From Felis catus (lineage: Eukaryota): 64,000 nt of DNA. Location: NCBI RefSeq assembly GCF_018350175.1, contig NC_058368.1:24368001-24432000 (forward strand), in the 5' to 3' direction. The position numbers and the translations under genes were made by a program. Under the pieces are notes generated by a model. It saw only the letters and a list, made by a program, of their open reading frames with translations. It did not search any database and had not been told where the DNA came from. Below, in pieces: positions 1 through 11,930 of the stretch. Numbering within the stretch: the first letter of the stretch is position 1; each line of letters starts with the position of its first letter.

Positions 1-274
1 GTGCTTAGGAAAATTCCCATTTTCTCCCATCAGAGACCATTCACACGATTAAGGTAAAAACTTAAAAATCTTAAGATTTTTATGTCCTTTCGGTGTATTC
101 ACCTTGCGTGTTCATTGTGTTTTGGAAGGGAGACTGCCCCCAGATTACCTGCTGTTTAACCCCCTTAGGTTCTTCCCAGCTTAATTTTGTTTCTTTTTCC
201 TTTAGAAAGCCTCTTGTTGTATTCAAGATGCCCCTGGGGGCATTGCCTCTCCATTGACCTGTATCAGTGGGGGT

Positions 275-469
275 ATTTTTAAGTTTTTTTGTTTATTTTT
301 GTGAGAGAGAGAGCAGGGCAGGGGCAGAGAGAGGGGGTGGGACAGAGGACCTGAAGCAGGCTACGCACGAACAGCAAAGAGCCCTAGTTGGGGCTCGAAT
401 TTATGAACCATGAGATCATGACCTGAGCCGAAGTCGGATGCCTAGCGAACTAAGCCACCCAGGTGCCCC
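275..469 (-). mobile_element. Can-SINE
   Basis: Reverse complement of the GGGGCACCTGGGTGGCT head, (CT)n and A-rich tail. Confidence 0.9.
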
Positions 470-1070
470 TTTGTCAGTGGATTTAATCGACCAGATAGTT
501 TGAGATCCGTTTCAACTCAACTGCTTGGCAAAAAATTACATTTTCTTTCTGTTTCATGATTGTTTTCTAAACAGTTTACTGACTTTTTTTCCCCAGTGTG
601 GTTTATTGCTAAGGGATGTCTGTTTTAATGAATTTTTCCTTTTTCCTCAAATGATGATGTGATAGACTTTTATTGAGTAGAAAGAGAATTTGTAACAAAA
701 CTTTATGATGGCTGTGTTTAACTTCCCAGACAACATTTGACCATTGGATGTTTTTTGTTCTTTCTCTATATTGTTTATGTGTGCTTATTTTGCGTTTTAG
801 TACTTTCTGTCTTATCGATGTTAATGTGTTTCTTCTGTGAGTCAAAACTTCTTGCCTATGTTTCTGACTTCTTTAAATTCTGATTCATTTAGCCCTTGTT
901 GATAGGACCACTTGTATATCCTGTACATTTAATTAATGTGTCATTTCCTCTCTTTGCATAGTAATGGCAGCATCTAGAAACTAAGCTACACAGAATGTTT
1001 ATTTTTCTTCATATTTTTGCTGTTCTTATAATGTTCAGAGAAAATGTTGAAGTACAAGTATAAGCTTGAC

Positions 1071-1270
1071 TTTATTTGTTCGTTTATGTATTTATTTTTG
1101 AGTGAGTAAGAGAATGAGCTGGGGAGAGGGACAGAAGGAAAGAGAATCGTAAGCAGACTCCATGCCAGTGGGGAGCCCCAACACAGGGCTCAGTCTCACA
1201 ACCATGAGATCATGACCTGAGCCAAAATCAGGAGTCGGACGCTTAACTGACTGAGGCCTGCAGGCACCCC
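1071..1270 (-). mobile_element. Can-SINE (older)
   Basis: SINE body; TSD taagcttga. Confidence 0.88.
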
Positions 1271-1413
1271 TAAGCTTGATTTTGATTATAAGCCTTCCTT
1301 ATACTGTAATTTTTTCACTGTTTACAGATAATTAAATGACATGAGAGATATGTTTAATGTCTTTGATGTTTCTGAATGGAAAGTATCTTATGTTCCTCTC
1401 TTTTGTCTTCTAG

Positions 1414-1494
1414 GGTTATGATCATAGCTACTACTTCATTGCAACCTTTATTACTGATCACATCAGACATCATGCAAAATACCTGAATGCATAA
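1414..1494 (+). CDS. ESD: Esterase D / S-formylglutathione hydrolase, last coding exon (GYDHSYYFIATFITDHIRHHAKYLNA*)
   Basis: Polypyrimidine tract and TAG acceptor at 1411-1413, then 81 nt ending in TAA (1492-1494). The peptide is the recognisable ESD C-terminus, with the catalytic-triad His in GYDHSY. ESD neighbours LRCH1 in mammals. Confidence 0.97.
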   Translation, partial: GYDHSYYFIATFITDHIRHHAKYLNA

Positions 1495-1536
1495 AAAACT
1501 TCAGATAAGAAAATTTGTTCAGGATTATAAAATTGT

Positions 1537-1542
1537 AATAAA
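1537..1542 (+). promoter_or_regulatory. ESD: Candidate ESD polyadenylation signal AATAAA
   Basis: Canonical hexamer about 40 nt after the stop; a variant AATGAA/TATAAA cluster near 1625-1640 is an alternative. Confidence 0.5.
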
Positions 1543-1769
1543 CAGAATTGCTGGGAAAAATGATTTCAATGCATTGGATTTCATAGTGCTAAAAATCGTC
1601 ATTCCATAGTTGAATCACTTTCTGAATGAATATATAAAACCTGCTTTTGATTTACAAGTTATTTTGCCAATGTTGGGAAATATTTAATACATTACAGCTT
1701 TCTCAAGGTCATTTGGAAATCATTGTATTAACCTCAGGCCACAGAATATGAATATAATCGCATTTAAAT

Positions 1770-2050
1770 CATAGAATGTTAACTCAGAAATTGGTTTAAG
1801 AGGTAATTTAGCCTAAACCCCTCACTTTTCCAGACTTTAAGTCTGTGAAGGCATGGACTGTCTTCATTGTGTTTATTGTTCTGTCTCTAGTATCTGCCAA
1901 CCACTTGGCTTCTAGGAGGCATTTAGTAACTATTTGTTGTTGAGTAAGGAATGAGGCTCAGAAAGATTAAGTAAATTCTCCATCATTACACAGTTATTTG
2001 TGGGACAGCTAAGATTAGAAGCCAGATTTCATAAACCCAATCCAATGAGA
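1770..2050. mobile_element. MIR and L2 relics
   Basis: MIR core (gaggctcagaaagattaagtaa) with an L2-like 3' end segment. Confidence 0.6.
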
Positions 2051-2331
2051 CTTCTTTTCTTATCTATTAAGCCAGATTTGTGGACATTGGTTTCTGGGAT
2101 TTCTCAAGAGACGAGAATTAAATAAGAAGACTCAATCTGAAAATAGCTCTATGTAAGGAAAGTTGCTTCGTATGTTTTTGTAAACATATTTTCCTGTAGT
2201 TACATGCAGAAATTTAGCTTGGTGAGCTCACCAAGAAAAGTAATCAGTCTCTTTGTAAATACCAAATTGTGTTCCTTTTACGAACTTAATATGAATAAAC
2301 TCATTTTGAAACATGATAGATGAAGTCTGAC

Positions 2332-2532
2332 TATTTTATTTTATTTTTTTTAATGTTTATTTTGAGGGGAGAGAAAGCAGGAGAGGATACAGACAGAGGG
2401 AGACAGGGGATTCGAAGAGGGCTCCCTGCTGACAACAGAGAGCCCGACAGGGGGCCCAAACTCACAAACTGAGGTCATGACCTGAGCTGAAGTTGAATAC
2501 TTAATCAACTGAGCCCCCCCCCCAGGCTCCCC
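2332..2532 (-). mobile_element. Can-SINE
   Basis: SINE body; TSD-like ga(c/t)tatttta. Confidence 0.88.
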
Positions 2533-2582
2533 AGATTATTTTAAAACATTTTTCTACTAGAGAAGCATGAAGATTATACATT

Positions 2583-2716
2583 AATTTTTTTTTCATTCCA
2601 GTGTAGTTAACATTGTATTCATTTCAGGTGTGCAATATAGTGATTCATCACGTCCATGTATTACTCCGTGCTCATCAAGATAAGTGTACTCTTAATCCCT
2701 TTCACCTGTTTCACAT
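2583..2716 (-). mobile_element. Heavily 5'-truncated carnivore L1 3' end
   Basis: Poly(T) and L1 3'UTR-like sequence between 12-bp TSD agattatacatt (2571-2582 and 2717-2728). Confidence 0.75.
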
Positions 2717-3019
2717 AGATTATACATTTTAAACACTTGATATGAATGCATGTTAATATGGTAATCGAAGAAGTCATCAGGTTTTTAAAGTTATCAAATT
2801 AGTACCATTTAAATGTGAATTAGATTGTACTAGAATTTCTTAAATTAGTGCTACTGAAATACCAGTAGCCAAGTTAGAGCCCCATAGTGAGCTACATACA
2901 AAATGGTTCTAGTCTAAACAGTCTCGTGTCCTCTAATAAATTCACTTAATTCGCGGAATTTGTGCATGTGTTTGGTAACTCCTTTGTAAAGAAAAGCAGT
3001 TGTGTACTTCTAAGATCGC

Positions 3020-3420
3020 TGTATTAGCTGCAAATTTAATCAGAAGCAGAACTAGTAGGAGATATATAAAGAAATTTTTTTATGAGGAGTTGGTTTCTGT
3101 GATTGTAGGGGCTGGCTAAGCAGGTGTAAAATCCATAAGGCAGGCCAGAAGGGAGGTTCATGAGCAGGATGGGACCCCACAGTTGTGGGCTGAAGCAGTT
3201 GCCCACAGGTGGGATTTCTTGTCTGGAGCAAGCCTCAGCCTTGTTTTTAAGTCCTGATAAGGTGGCGCCCTCCGTTTTATCCAGGATAATCTTCCTTATT
3301 TAAAGTCAGTTGATTAGGGACTTTCATTATATCTTCAAAATCCCTTAATAGCATACCTAGATTAGTGTTTGATTGAATGACTGGGAGCTTTACTCTGCCA
3401 AGTTGGCTCAGCATTATAAG
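3020..3420. mobile_element. MLT2-type (ERVL) solo LTR relic
   Basis: Characteristic motifs gataatcttccttatttaaagtc and acctagattagtgtttgattgaat. Confidence 0.7.
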
Positions 3421-3849
3421 AAAATTGTTGCTTTGCCCTTTTACAAGGTAAATGCAAAACATTTAAATATTCAGTAAATAATTGCTGACATCTAGCCAAT
3501 GATAACTGTAATAAAAATGAACGCTTTCACAACACAGAATCGATTGTCAAGGATCTATAGGAAACCAGTAAATTTAAGCTTGTTATTCTGTGCTGCAAAG
3601 ACTGGCCTGGGGAGGGATGAATTCTTATATATGCCTAAATGTAAAATATTTTCTCCCACCGGAAATAATTCTCAGAGTCGCTCACATAAGGAAACATCTC
3701 CCATGACTTCATGGTAAAAAAAATAAATAACCTAAAAATGACCTCCCAATACTAGTTTTGTGTGCTTCTAAAAGGCACCTGACAGAATCATGTATAAAAG
3801 GAGGCAAAAGAATTGACACGTTTCCTGGGTTACAGATGTCGTAAAACCC

Positions 3850-4460
3850 TCTATGATCCCTTTAGGAAAGAATACAGTACTATGAAAGCCACCTTTGAGA
3901 AGAAAAAGGCAAGCCCTAAAGAGGGTGGAGTTGCTTGCAAAACATATCTGATAAAGAATTTGTATCTAGATATCTAAAGAGCTCCCACGAGCTCCTTTTT
4001 TTAAAAAGATGGAAACCAACAGGAAAATGGCCTAAAGATTCGAATAGGTAGTTCACGAAACAGAATGTAAGTATGCCTAATAAACCCATGAAAATGTGCT
4101 TAACTTCCTAGGACCAAGAAAATGCACATAAAAATTACAATAAAATACTACTGCACACCCACCTGCAGGGCTAAGGTTAGGACGGCAGAAACCCCAAGTG
4201 TTGGCGAGGCTGTGTGGTAGTCGCCAGTGGGCGTGGAGCTGGCCAGTCTGCCGCAGTGGAACACGCGTGTTCCTCCCCAGCGATTCCCCCCGAGGTAGAG
4301 AAGCAAGGGCATGCGAAACCCGTATGAGAATGTTCTTAGCAGCACTGCTCGTAATAGCCACGATCTGGAAACAATCCAAATGTCCATCTACACAGAAGGG
4401 GTAAAATTGGAGTATATTCAGAAGTGGAATATGCTACATTAGTGAAAATGAACGTGCAAC
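3850..4460 (+). mobile_element. Degenerate L1 ORF2 3' fragment
   Basis: Residual translation MFLAALLVIATIWKQSKCPS resembles the L1 ORF2 C-terminus. Confidence 0.8.
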
Positions 4461-4464
4461 ATGG

Positions 4465-4648
4465 AGGGCTCTGTCCTGACAGCTCAGACCCTGGAGCCCG
4501 CTTCCTGCTTCGGATTCTATCTATGTCTCCCTGTCTCTCTGCTCCTCCCCCTACTCATGCTCTCTCTCTCTCTCTATCTCTCTCTCTTTCTCTCAAAAAT
4601 AAATAAATAAATAAATAAGTAAACAAACATTTAAAAAATTTAAAAAAA
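4465..4648 (+). mobile_element. 5'-truncated Can-SINE
   Basis: SINE 3' half, (CT)n, (AATA)n tail. Confidence 0.85.
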
Positions 4649-5001
4649 GGTTTATACATTTTTTCATATGTGTTATTTTGTGAAGTTTACACTAAAAAAT
4701 GCATTAAGTAGTTATTCTGTCGAGATCATAAATATACTGCAAGAAGAAGAAAAACTTCCAATGTTACACAAAGGACACTTATTTGGGGGGATAAAATTTC
4801 CAGTGGCCACATCAGTTACAGATTCAAGTAATGTTATATCTCACTTAGAAACCACTAAGAAGTGAAGGTAATATGTAATACGTGATGCCTCAAAAAATCA
4901 GCTCATGATGTCTCTGATTTTGAACACGCAAGTGGAGTTTAAATAAAACTATTTCATGAAATCTTACAGTGGAAAAATTCTAAGCTAACATCTTAAAAAT
5001 A

Positions 5002-5221
5002 TTTTTTTTTATTTTTTTTAACGTTTTATTTATTTTTGAGACAGGGAGAGACAGAGCGTGAACAGGGGAGGGTCAAAGAGAGGGAGACACAGAATCTGAA
5101 ACAGGCTCCAGGCTCTGAGCTGTCAGCACAGAGCCCGACGCGGGGCTCGAACTCATGGACTGCGAGATCATGACCTGAGCCGAAGTCAGACGCTTAACCG
5201 ACTGAGCCACCCAGGTGCCCC
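5002..5221 (-). mobile_element. Can-SINE
   Basis: Full body; TSD cttaaaaatattttt. Confidence 0.93.
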
Positions 5222-5428
5222 TTAAAAATATTTTTAATATATATGTATTGTAAGCTGTGACAAAGAGACATGAATTTTATATAGAAGAGCTCATAAACAT
5301 ATGCCAAGTTAGCCAAGCAACCTTTTTGCATATTCTCATCAGAAAAATTGCAGATCTGCATTTGAGCACACTGGATGAACACAGTGTATACAACATAGAT
5401 TACACTGGTTTATGAAACTCCTGAAACC

Positions 5429-5619
5429 GGAGTGCCTGGGTGGCTTAGTGGGTTGAGAGTGAAACTCTTGATTTTGCATCAAGTCATGATCTCACAGTTC
5501 ATGAGATAGAGCCCTGGGTCGGGCTCTGTGCTGACAGCACGCAGCCTGCTTGACATTCTCCGTCTCCCTCTTTCTCCGCCCCTTCCTATTCTCTAAACGA
5601 ACAAACATCAAAAAAAAAA
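5429..5619 (+). mobile_element. Can-SINE (older)
   Basis: Diverged head, body and A tail. Confidence 0.85.
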
Positions 5620-5859
5620 GAAACCTCTGGAACCAAAATCACTTTATTAAAACAAAACTGCCACGTGTCGGGTTTTTTGTTGCTTTTTTTAAAGCTTTCA
5701 TTTTATCGGGTTTGGGTGAAGAAAGGACATACGATTGGCGGTGCTTCCTGGTGAGGAGAGCAGAAGTGATGGAGCAAATCAAGGAGCAGCAGTGGCCACA
5801 GGAGCACCGGTGACCTGAGGACAGAAGCAGCGGCTGTGTTCAAGATGGGGGGCAAAGTA

Positions 5860-7030
5860 TTCAAATGAAAATCAACATCTCAAAATTAATAATTTTCCTA
5901 TCAGCTTATAAATAATCTAACAAAAAAGTTTAATGGGTTTTTTTTTAACGTTTATTATTGAGAGACAGAGAGAGACAGAGCATGAGCAGGGGAGGGGCAG
6001 AGAGAGAGGGAGACACAGAATCTGAAGCAGGCTCCAGGCTCCGAGCTGTCAGTACAGAGCCCGACGGGGGGCTCGAACTCACAAACCTCCAGATCATGAC
6101 CTGAGCTGAAGTCAGATGCTTAACCGACTGAGCCACCCAGTCGCCCCAATAATCTAACAAAAGAGTATAAAAGGAAAATGATCCCATTCAGAGCAGCAAC
6201 GAAGAACGAAAGTACCTAGAAATCACCCGAGCAAGAGTTGTACAAGGTCTTTAGTAAAGTAAACCTTGAACAAATGGAGAGCAATATATTAATGGAACAG
6301 AAGACTCAATATTGTAAAGGTATTAACACACCCCATAGTATCTATAGATGCAATGCTGCCTTAACCCAAATCTCAATGCTTTCTATGGAAATTGACAAGC
6401 TGATTATAAAATTCATACGGAAGAATACGCTTTTTTCTTGAAAAAGAACAAATTGCTCTACCTGGTGTCAAGACACGTTGGAAAGCAGCGATCATGAAAA
6501 TAGGTTTGGACTCAGAAGAGTGCAGTGGACCAAAGAAATCCTGCTGCAGACCAATTCGGGGGTTGGTGGTGTCTCAAGTCGGTGAGGAAAACAGGCACGC
6601 TTCCACGTACGGTGCTGCAAAATGACTTCCCAGCAGCTTCGTGGGGAGACACGACCAAGAGTAGACCCGGCCAGGCCCTGCATTGCAACATTGCTTGTCA
6701 TGGAGAAAATATGAGAACAGCCCCAAGTGTTTACGAATAAAAATAAGCTGCTGAACAATGCACATAATTCAGTACTGTTATGTTTTTAAACCACCGACAC
6801 AATGTGTTATATGTTCCAGAGGTACAAATACGTCATGGGAAAAGGTCTGAATGAAAATAAATGGCCATTACTTCCGGGAAAAAAGAAGAGCTTTGGAATT
6901 GAAGATGATAGTCAAAGGGCTTTATTTTTGATGACTGACATCATTTTTACAAACGGAAGTTACGCGTGTATATTTGGGGTTGTAAAACATTAATTTTAAA
7001 CCTTAATGTTTAATAAATGTGGAAAGCCAG
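5860..7030 (+). mobile_element. Degenerate L1M ORF2/3' fragments interrupted by a SINE
   Basis: L1 motifs agactcaatattgtaaag and aaattgacaagctgattataaaattcata. Confidence 0.7.
5938..6147 (-). mobile_element. Can-SINE
   Basis: Full body; TSD aataatctaacaaaa. Confidence 0.92.
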
Positions 7031-8160
7031 AAAGAACAAACAGTGCTTACACCCAGCTGTGTCAAGGCCCAGAAACACAACTTCATGCCTTCTACTTTCT
7101 TTATACTTCCGGGAATTTCAATTCTGATTCAAAAACGCAAAAAAAAAAAAAAAAAATAGAATTAACTTACTCTGTGACACAGTGAGACTTTCAGAAGAAG
7201 AAAACTTTACATGACTCCCGCATCTATAAGATACCTTGGGACTGATGGCTCGTCTGCAAATGGGGTGGACAAGAGCTCCTATGCTGTTTAACTCACAGGG
7301 CTGTGGAGCGTAGCCGAACGAGATGGCCTTTGAAATCACCATTATCCTATCCAGATGTTAGTGACCAGGTACATCAGTGTCACTGGCCTCCAAAATGAGG
7401 CGTGCTATCTTGGGAGGGTGCATAAGAGCTTCTGTCTATGCTTATTTTGAGTTCATCCCCCTCCTGTTAAAGCGTATATTTCTGTGCATGCTTTATAATT
7501 TCCATAACCTACTGGCATGCTGATACGTGCAATGACATGGAAATAGTTACCCATACCGTGGATGCGTGCGGCATGTGTGAGACCTCTCCCCCTAAAATTC
7601 CCCCACCGTAACTTTTTGAGTAAAAGGATTGTGAAGACCAACACACTGAATATCAGCTGCGCAATCACCCTGTACCTAGAGTGATTGGCGGTAGATATAC
7701 AATCGTTTCCTCCAGGAGAACATAGTTTTGTAAACTTCTGCGGGTCTTTGTGCAGCCCCAGCCAGTCCAGGAGCAAATGTCCTTTTGGTCTTCAGAGATA
7801 AAATAAAGGGAATGTACACCCTTGTTGTATTTGGCCAGAGACCAGGAATCCAGTCCAAGAGCACTGAATTTCCAATTTCATTCTTATCCCTTTGGCACCA
7901 GGTGTCAGCCTGGCACTGGCCGTGTTTAATGAGCACTTCACTTCCTGGCAATAGAATGTAAAGAACAGAACCCCAGCAGCACCTTTGTTTGGATGACAAT
8001 GGTGTATATACCCAACCAGTCAAATGTATTAGCATTTTCATCTCATCGGGTTCATTAGATCCAAGTACCATTCAAAGTGGGGCATGGAGGTGAGAACTAG
8101 ATGAGGCAACAGACTTTTCTTTTAACTCATCAAGATAGTATTTCCGGCACGGCGTTCTGG

Positions 8161-8162
<2 letters not shown>

Positions 8163-8201
<39 letters not shown>

Positions 8202-8260
8202 CGCGCGCGTGCGCACGCGCGTCTGCGTGTGCTATATGCGTGTCTGTGTGTGTGTATGTG
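8163..8260. repeat. (TG)n/(CG)n alternating purine-pyrimidine tract
   Basis: Directly visible. Confidence 0.95.
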
Positions 8261-9439
8261 GGTAAACATTGCATCTGGAGTTGGAATCTTCAGCACGGGC
8301 TGTGCGGGTGGTGGACTGATGGTGGACTGCCTTTTTGTTCACTGCTGGTGAAGTAGGATTTTTCTTCTTCTCAGAAGACAGAAACCTACTCTCGGGGCGT
8401 TTATGAAATCATTTCAGTAAAAATACTGCCACCCAGTGTTTTGATTAGGACAATGACCGTAGACCACACACGAAAAAATAAAGTTTTCCAGAGAAAAATG
8501 GCAAATGACTCATTTTTTTAGTCAGATACAGATAAGGCCTGATGGACTGTAGAACATTCTGGCCTTATGTAGGCTAATCCAGCCCGAACGTGCTGCATCA
8601 TGCAGAGAGGGTATCCCAGCTGTCGGAATGAACGTTTTGTTAAAATATGGATTCGGAGATAATCCTGCTAATATGCTAGCCTTACTTAGTTGTTGCGTGC
8701 TGAGGGATTTCACAATGTGTTTCCCCCCCACAGCCTTTCTGCTGCAGCCGTGGCCCATTCCCCACCCCCCAACAAGAACTTATCTCCAGAGCAGTTCCCT
8801 GGTGCGGGGGGAAGGGAGACTGCATCTGGAGAAGCTTGTGTCCTGTGCTGCACCCCAGAGGGAGCACCGTTCCTTCCCAGCGTGGCCCCTCTCTCCGTCC
8901 TGCCACCCCACAGGCCAGGACTCAGACGCCGGGCCCCTGTGTCAAAGACTCCAGGGAGCACCCATCAGGCTTTCCAAATACTCCCTGTGTGCCCATGTGA
9001 CGAGGCAGGAGGTAGACCAGCTGCCCATCTCCCATGACAGGGCAAGGCCGGGGAAGTGCACCGCACCCCGCAACTTTCTCCGAAAACCCTTGGTCTCTCA
9101 GCTCTTCTCCTCCCCTTCACAGGGGGTGTTGGACAGAGCTGGGTTGGCATCCCCTTTGCAGATGGCCTAGCGCCTCCCTTTGGAAGGTGGCCGAACAGAG
9201 TGCCCACTACTTGGGGACCTCTGTCAGAACTGGGACAGAGAGAGCCCCACTACAACTTCCTGTCACACTCAGGAGAGTAAAAGAGGAATGACCATAATGG
9301 GGCCTACTCCTAGGGCCATGGTGAGGATCAAATAAAATAACCCAAGTAAAGGCTTTAGCTCTGTATCTTATTTTTATTATTGTAGATATTTGGTCAGGGG
9401 CGAGGGGCAGCAGAGGAAGGGCTGAGAGTAGAATGGTCA

Positions 9440-9550
9440 AGGGCTCTGCTGACAATGCAGAGCCTGCTTGGGATTCTCTCTCTCCCTCTCTCTCTGTGCC
9501 CTTCCCCCACTTAAGTGCATTCTCTCTCTCTTAAATAAATAAACATTTAT
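9440..9550 (+). mobile_element. Partial Can-SINE
   Basis: ctgctgacaatgcagagcctgcttgggattctctc, (CT)n, aaataaataaac tail. Confidence 0.8.
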
Positions 9551-9714
9551 TAAGATGTCATCAGAAGAAAATTCTTGCGTTTCAAGAAGCAGGTGGTCAA
9601 CCATCCCTTATGCTTCCCTATACAGGAAGAAGCCATAGGGACGAGACCCATGACTTTATGATGAGTGTTTTCAATAGAGTGATAAGGATAGAAGGGAAAA
9701 TGAACAGAAATTGA

Positions 9715-9850
9715 AGGCATTTGTTCGTTCATCTGCTCAACAAATATTTACCAAACACCTCTTATGTATCAGCCACTGTTCTAGGCCTTAAGGATACAGT
9801 AGTAAACCAAACACAGACCCTTGCCCTAATGGAGATTGCACTGCAGCACT
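9715..9850. mobile_element. L2 3' relic
   Basis: caacaaatatttac...cactgttctaggc...ggatacagtagtaaac. Confidence 0.6.
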
Positions 9851-10699
9851 GTTTAGAGAACACTCTTTGAAGAACATTCACTAAGGACTGGGGAGGACAG
9901 GAGCGTAGACAGTATTTTGAGGGGAAGGTGAAGTCTACCTATATGGAATCTTCCTCGGGCAGTAGGCACGTCTTTCCCTCTGCCCCCATCCCCAGCTTCA
10001 ATGACTATAACAGGTATTTATGTGGCGATCACATTCCAAGAGATCAAAAGCTTTCTTTTACCTCTCAGAGAAAAATGATAGTTGTTAGGGAGTTTGCTGG
10101 CAAAGTACTTTGGCGTTGTAACCACAGTGGAAAGTAGACTGCCTACCCACCATTGCTTCTCCTTCCCAATCCCACCTCCACCCTACACACTGTGATCTTG
10201 TAAAATACTACTGAGTCTGTGCCCGCCGCCCTCTATAAATCCTCAGCAGTTTTAGTTTGTTTTGTTTTCATGAGTGTTGCCGAACCAATTGACCTCAAGT
10301 CCAGCATACGAGAAGCTCCGAGGCTGGTCAGGTGGATTTTCAACTGTTAGCTGCATTCCGTTCCTCTGGTCTCATCATCTCTTGGACCTTGTCAGAAAAG
10401 ACCTCTTTACTGTCTTCCTGGAGACATTTGTCCTGCATTCTCAATGACGCTTTGCGTAACGCACCAAAACTCAGCTCCAGACCTGCTCGCCAGGACAGGC
10501 TCCTCTGCTCACAGACAGGTGTACTTCTTCAGATCTTCTGGTCGGACACAGCTGGATTAGCCCTGGCTGTATGGTGACACAGATTTCCAGTACTGCTGGT
10601 GGAGGGTTCTACCTACCTGTTTAGATGGTCCTCCTCAAGTACCTTTACGAGTGGAGCACCCATCCACTAGAAGGCAGAATGAAGAAGTCTGGGCTCCTG

Positions 10700-10900
10700 T
10701 CTTCACTTTCAGGGTCACCTTGTCTTTCCCCCTTCACGACAGGTATACATGTATCCTCACTTGTCCCGCCTGAAATTTGTTGTGTGTCCTGAATCCAAGC
10801 ATTCAAATGCTTTCTCAGTTTCAGAAAGTTCTCAAGTACCATCTCTACGTCGCCTCTCCTGTGTTGTATTTGCTGTCTTCTAAACACCACACTAAGATGA
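10700..10900 (-). mobile_element. Ancient L1 ORF1 fragment
   Basis: MVLENFLKLRKHLNAWIQDTQQI resembles the L1 ORF1p I..ENFP.L.K....IQEAQ motif. Confidence 0.5.
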
Positions 10901-11631
10901 TAAATAAATACTTGAATAGCCTCCCACCAGTTCACATTGAGTCTCACCACTACATTTAAGTAGAAACCTTTCAGGCTTCAAGTTTCAGAACCTCTTTTGC
11001 GATTTTGCACAGGAAGCTCACGCTCGGTTGGGTGTAATCCCGGGGCATCTGTGGGGCCTGCTTCAGCAAGGGATGGCTTTTTCCTCTCCTCGGTGTCCCG
11101 GGGTGTGAACACCCTGAGACGCTGTAAGTAAATACTCTTCATCTCGGGGTTTCCCAGACCACAGCTGCACCGGAAATTCAAAGCATGAATCTATGGAAGA
11201 TGAGGCTTGTAGTGACAACATCACAGGAGCTGCTATTTTCCCACTTCCTCTCGCCCGAGGATTGGCTACTCTCCTTGACATCTCTCTTTGTAGATAGGCT
11301 AATTTTTTTTCCCTCTATGCTTTCAGTGAAGATACAGCTCTCTATGGATGCTGGCTTTTGCAGGCTTCAGATCCCGCTCAGGACCCACCTTGACGGGGCC
11401 CATGTATCTGTCTCTGTCTCGGAGTGCCCACTAGTTAACACCATCTCTTGGTCAAGGGGATGATGGACCGGTTCTCCCAGCACCATCATGGTGTCGCCTT
11501 CATTTTGATATTCTGGTCTCCAGCTCCCTGTCCCAGGAGATTCTGATGTGTATTGAAATTTAGGAAAAACTTAGCCTATTGGTCATTTCTATCAGGTAGA
11601 CCCACAAGAGGGGAACACAGGTAAAGTAACT

Positions 11632-11930
11632 TTTTATTTATTAAAAATTTTTTTAATCTTTATTTTTGAGAGAGACAGAGCACCAGCAGCGGAGGGGCAG
11701 AGAGAGAGGAAGCCACAGAATCCAAAGCAGGCTCTAGGCTTTGAGCTCTCGACACAGAGCCTGAGGCAGGACTCAAACTCACCAGCTGTGAGATCATGAC
11801 CTGAGCTGAAGTCTGACACTCAACCAACTGAGCCACCCAGGTGCCCCTCTTTTTTTTTTTTAATGTTTATTTTTTATTTTTGAGAGAGAGGGCCGGGGAG
11901 GGGCAGAGAGAGGGAACTGGAGAATCTGGG
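11632..11930 (-). mobile_element. Can-SINE (11632-11847) plus an adjacent SINE 3' fragment
   Basis: Two tails in tandem with one full body. Confidence 0.88.

Noticed and set aside
5640..5850. Possible processed-pseudogene fragment
   Set aside because: No identifiable parent gene, poly(A) tail or TSD
8628..9170. 180-aa ORF on + and overlapping ORFs
   Set aside because: Several frames are open because of local GC content; no family resemblance
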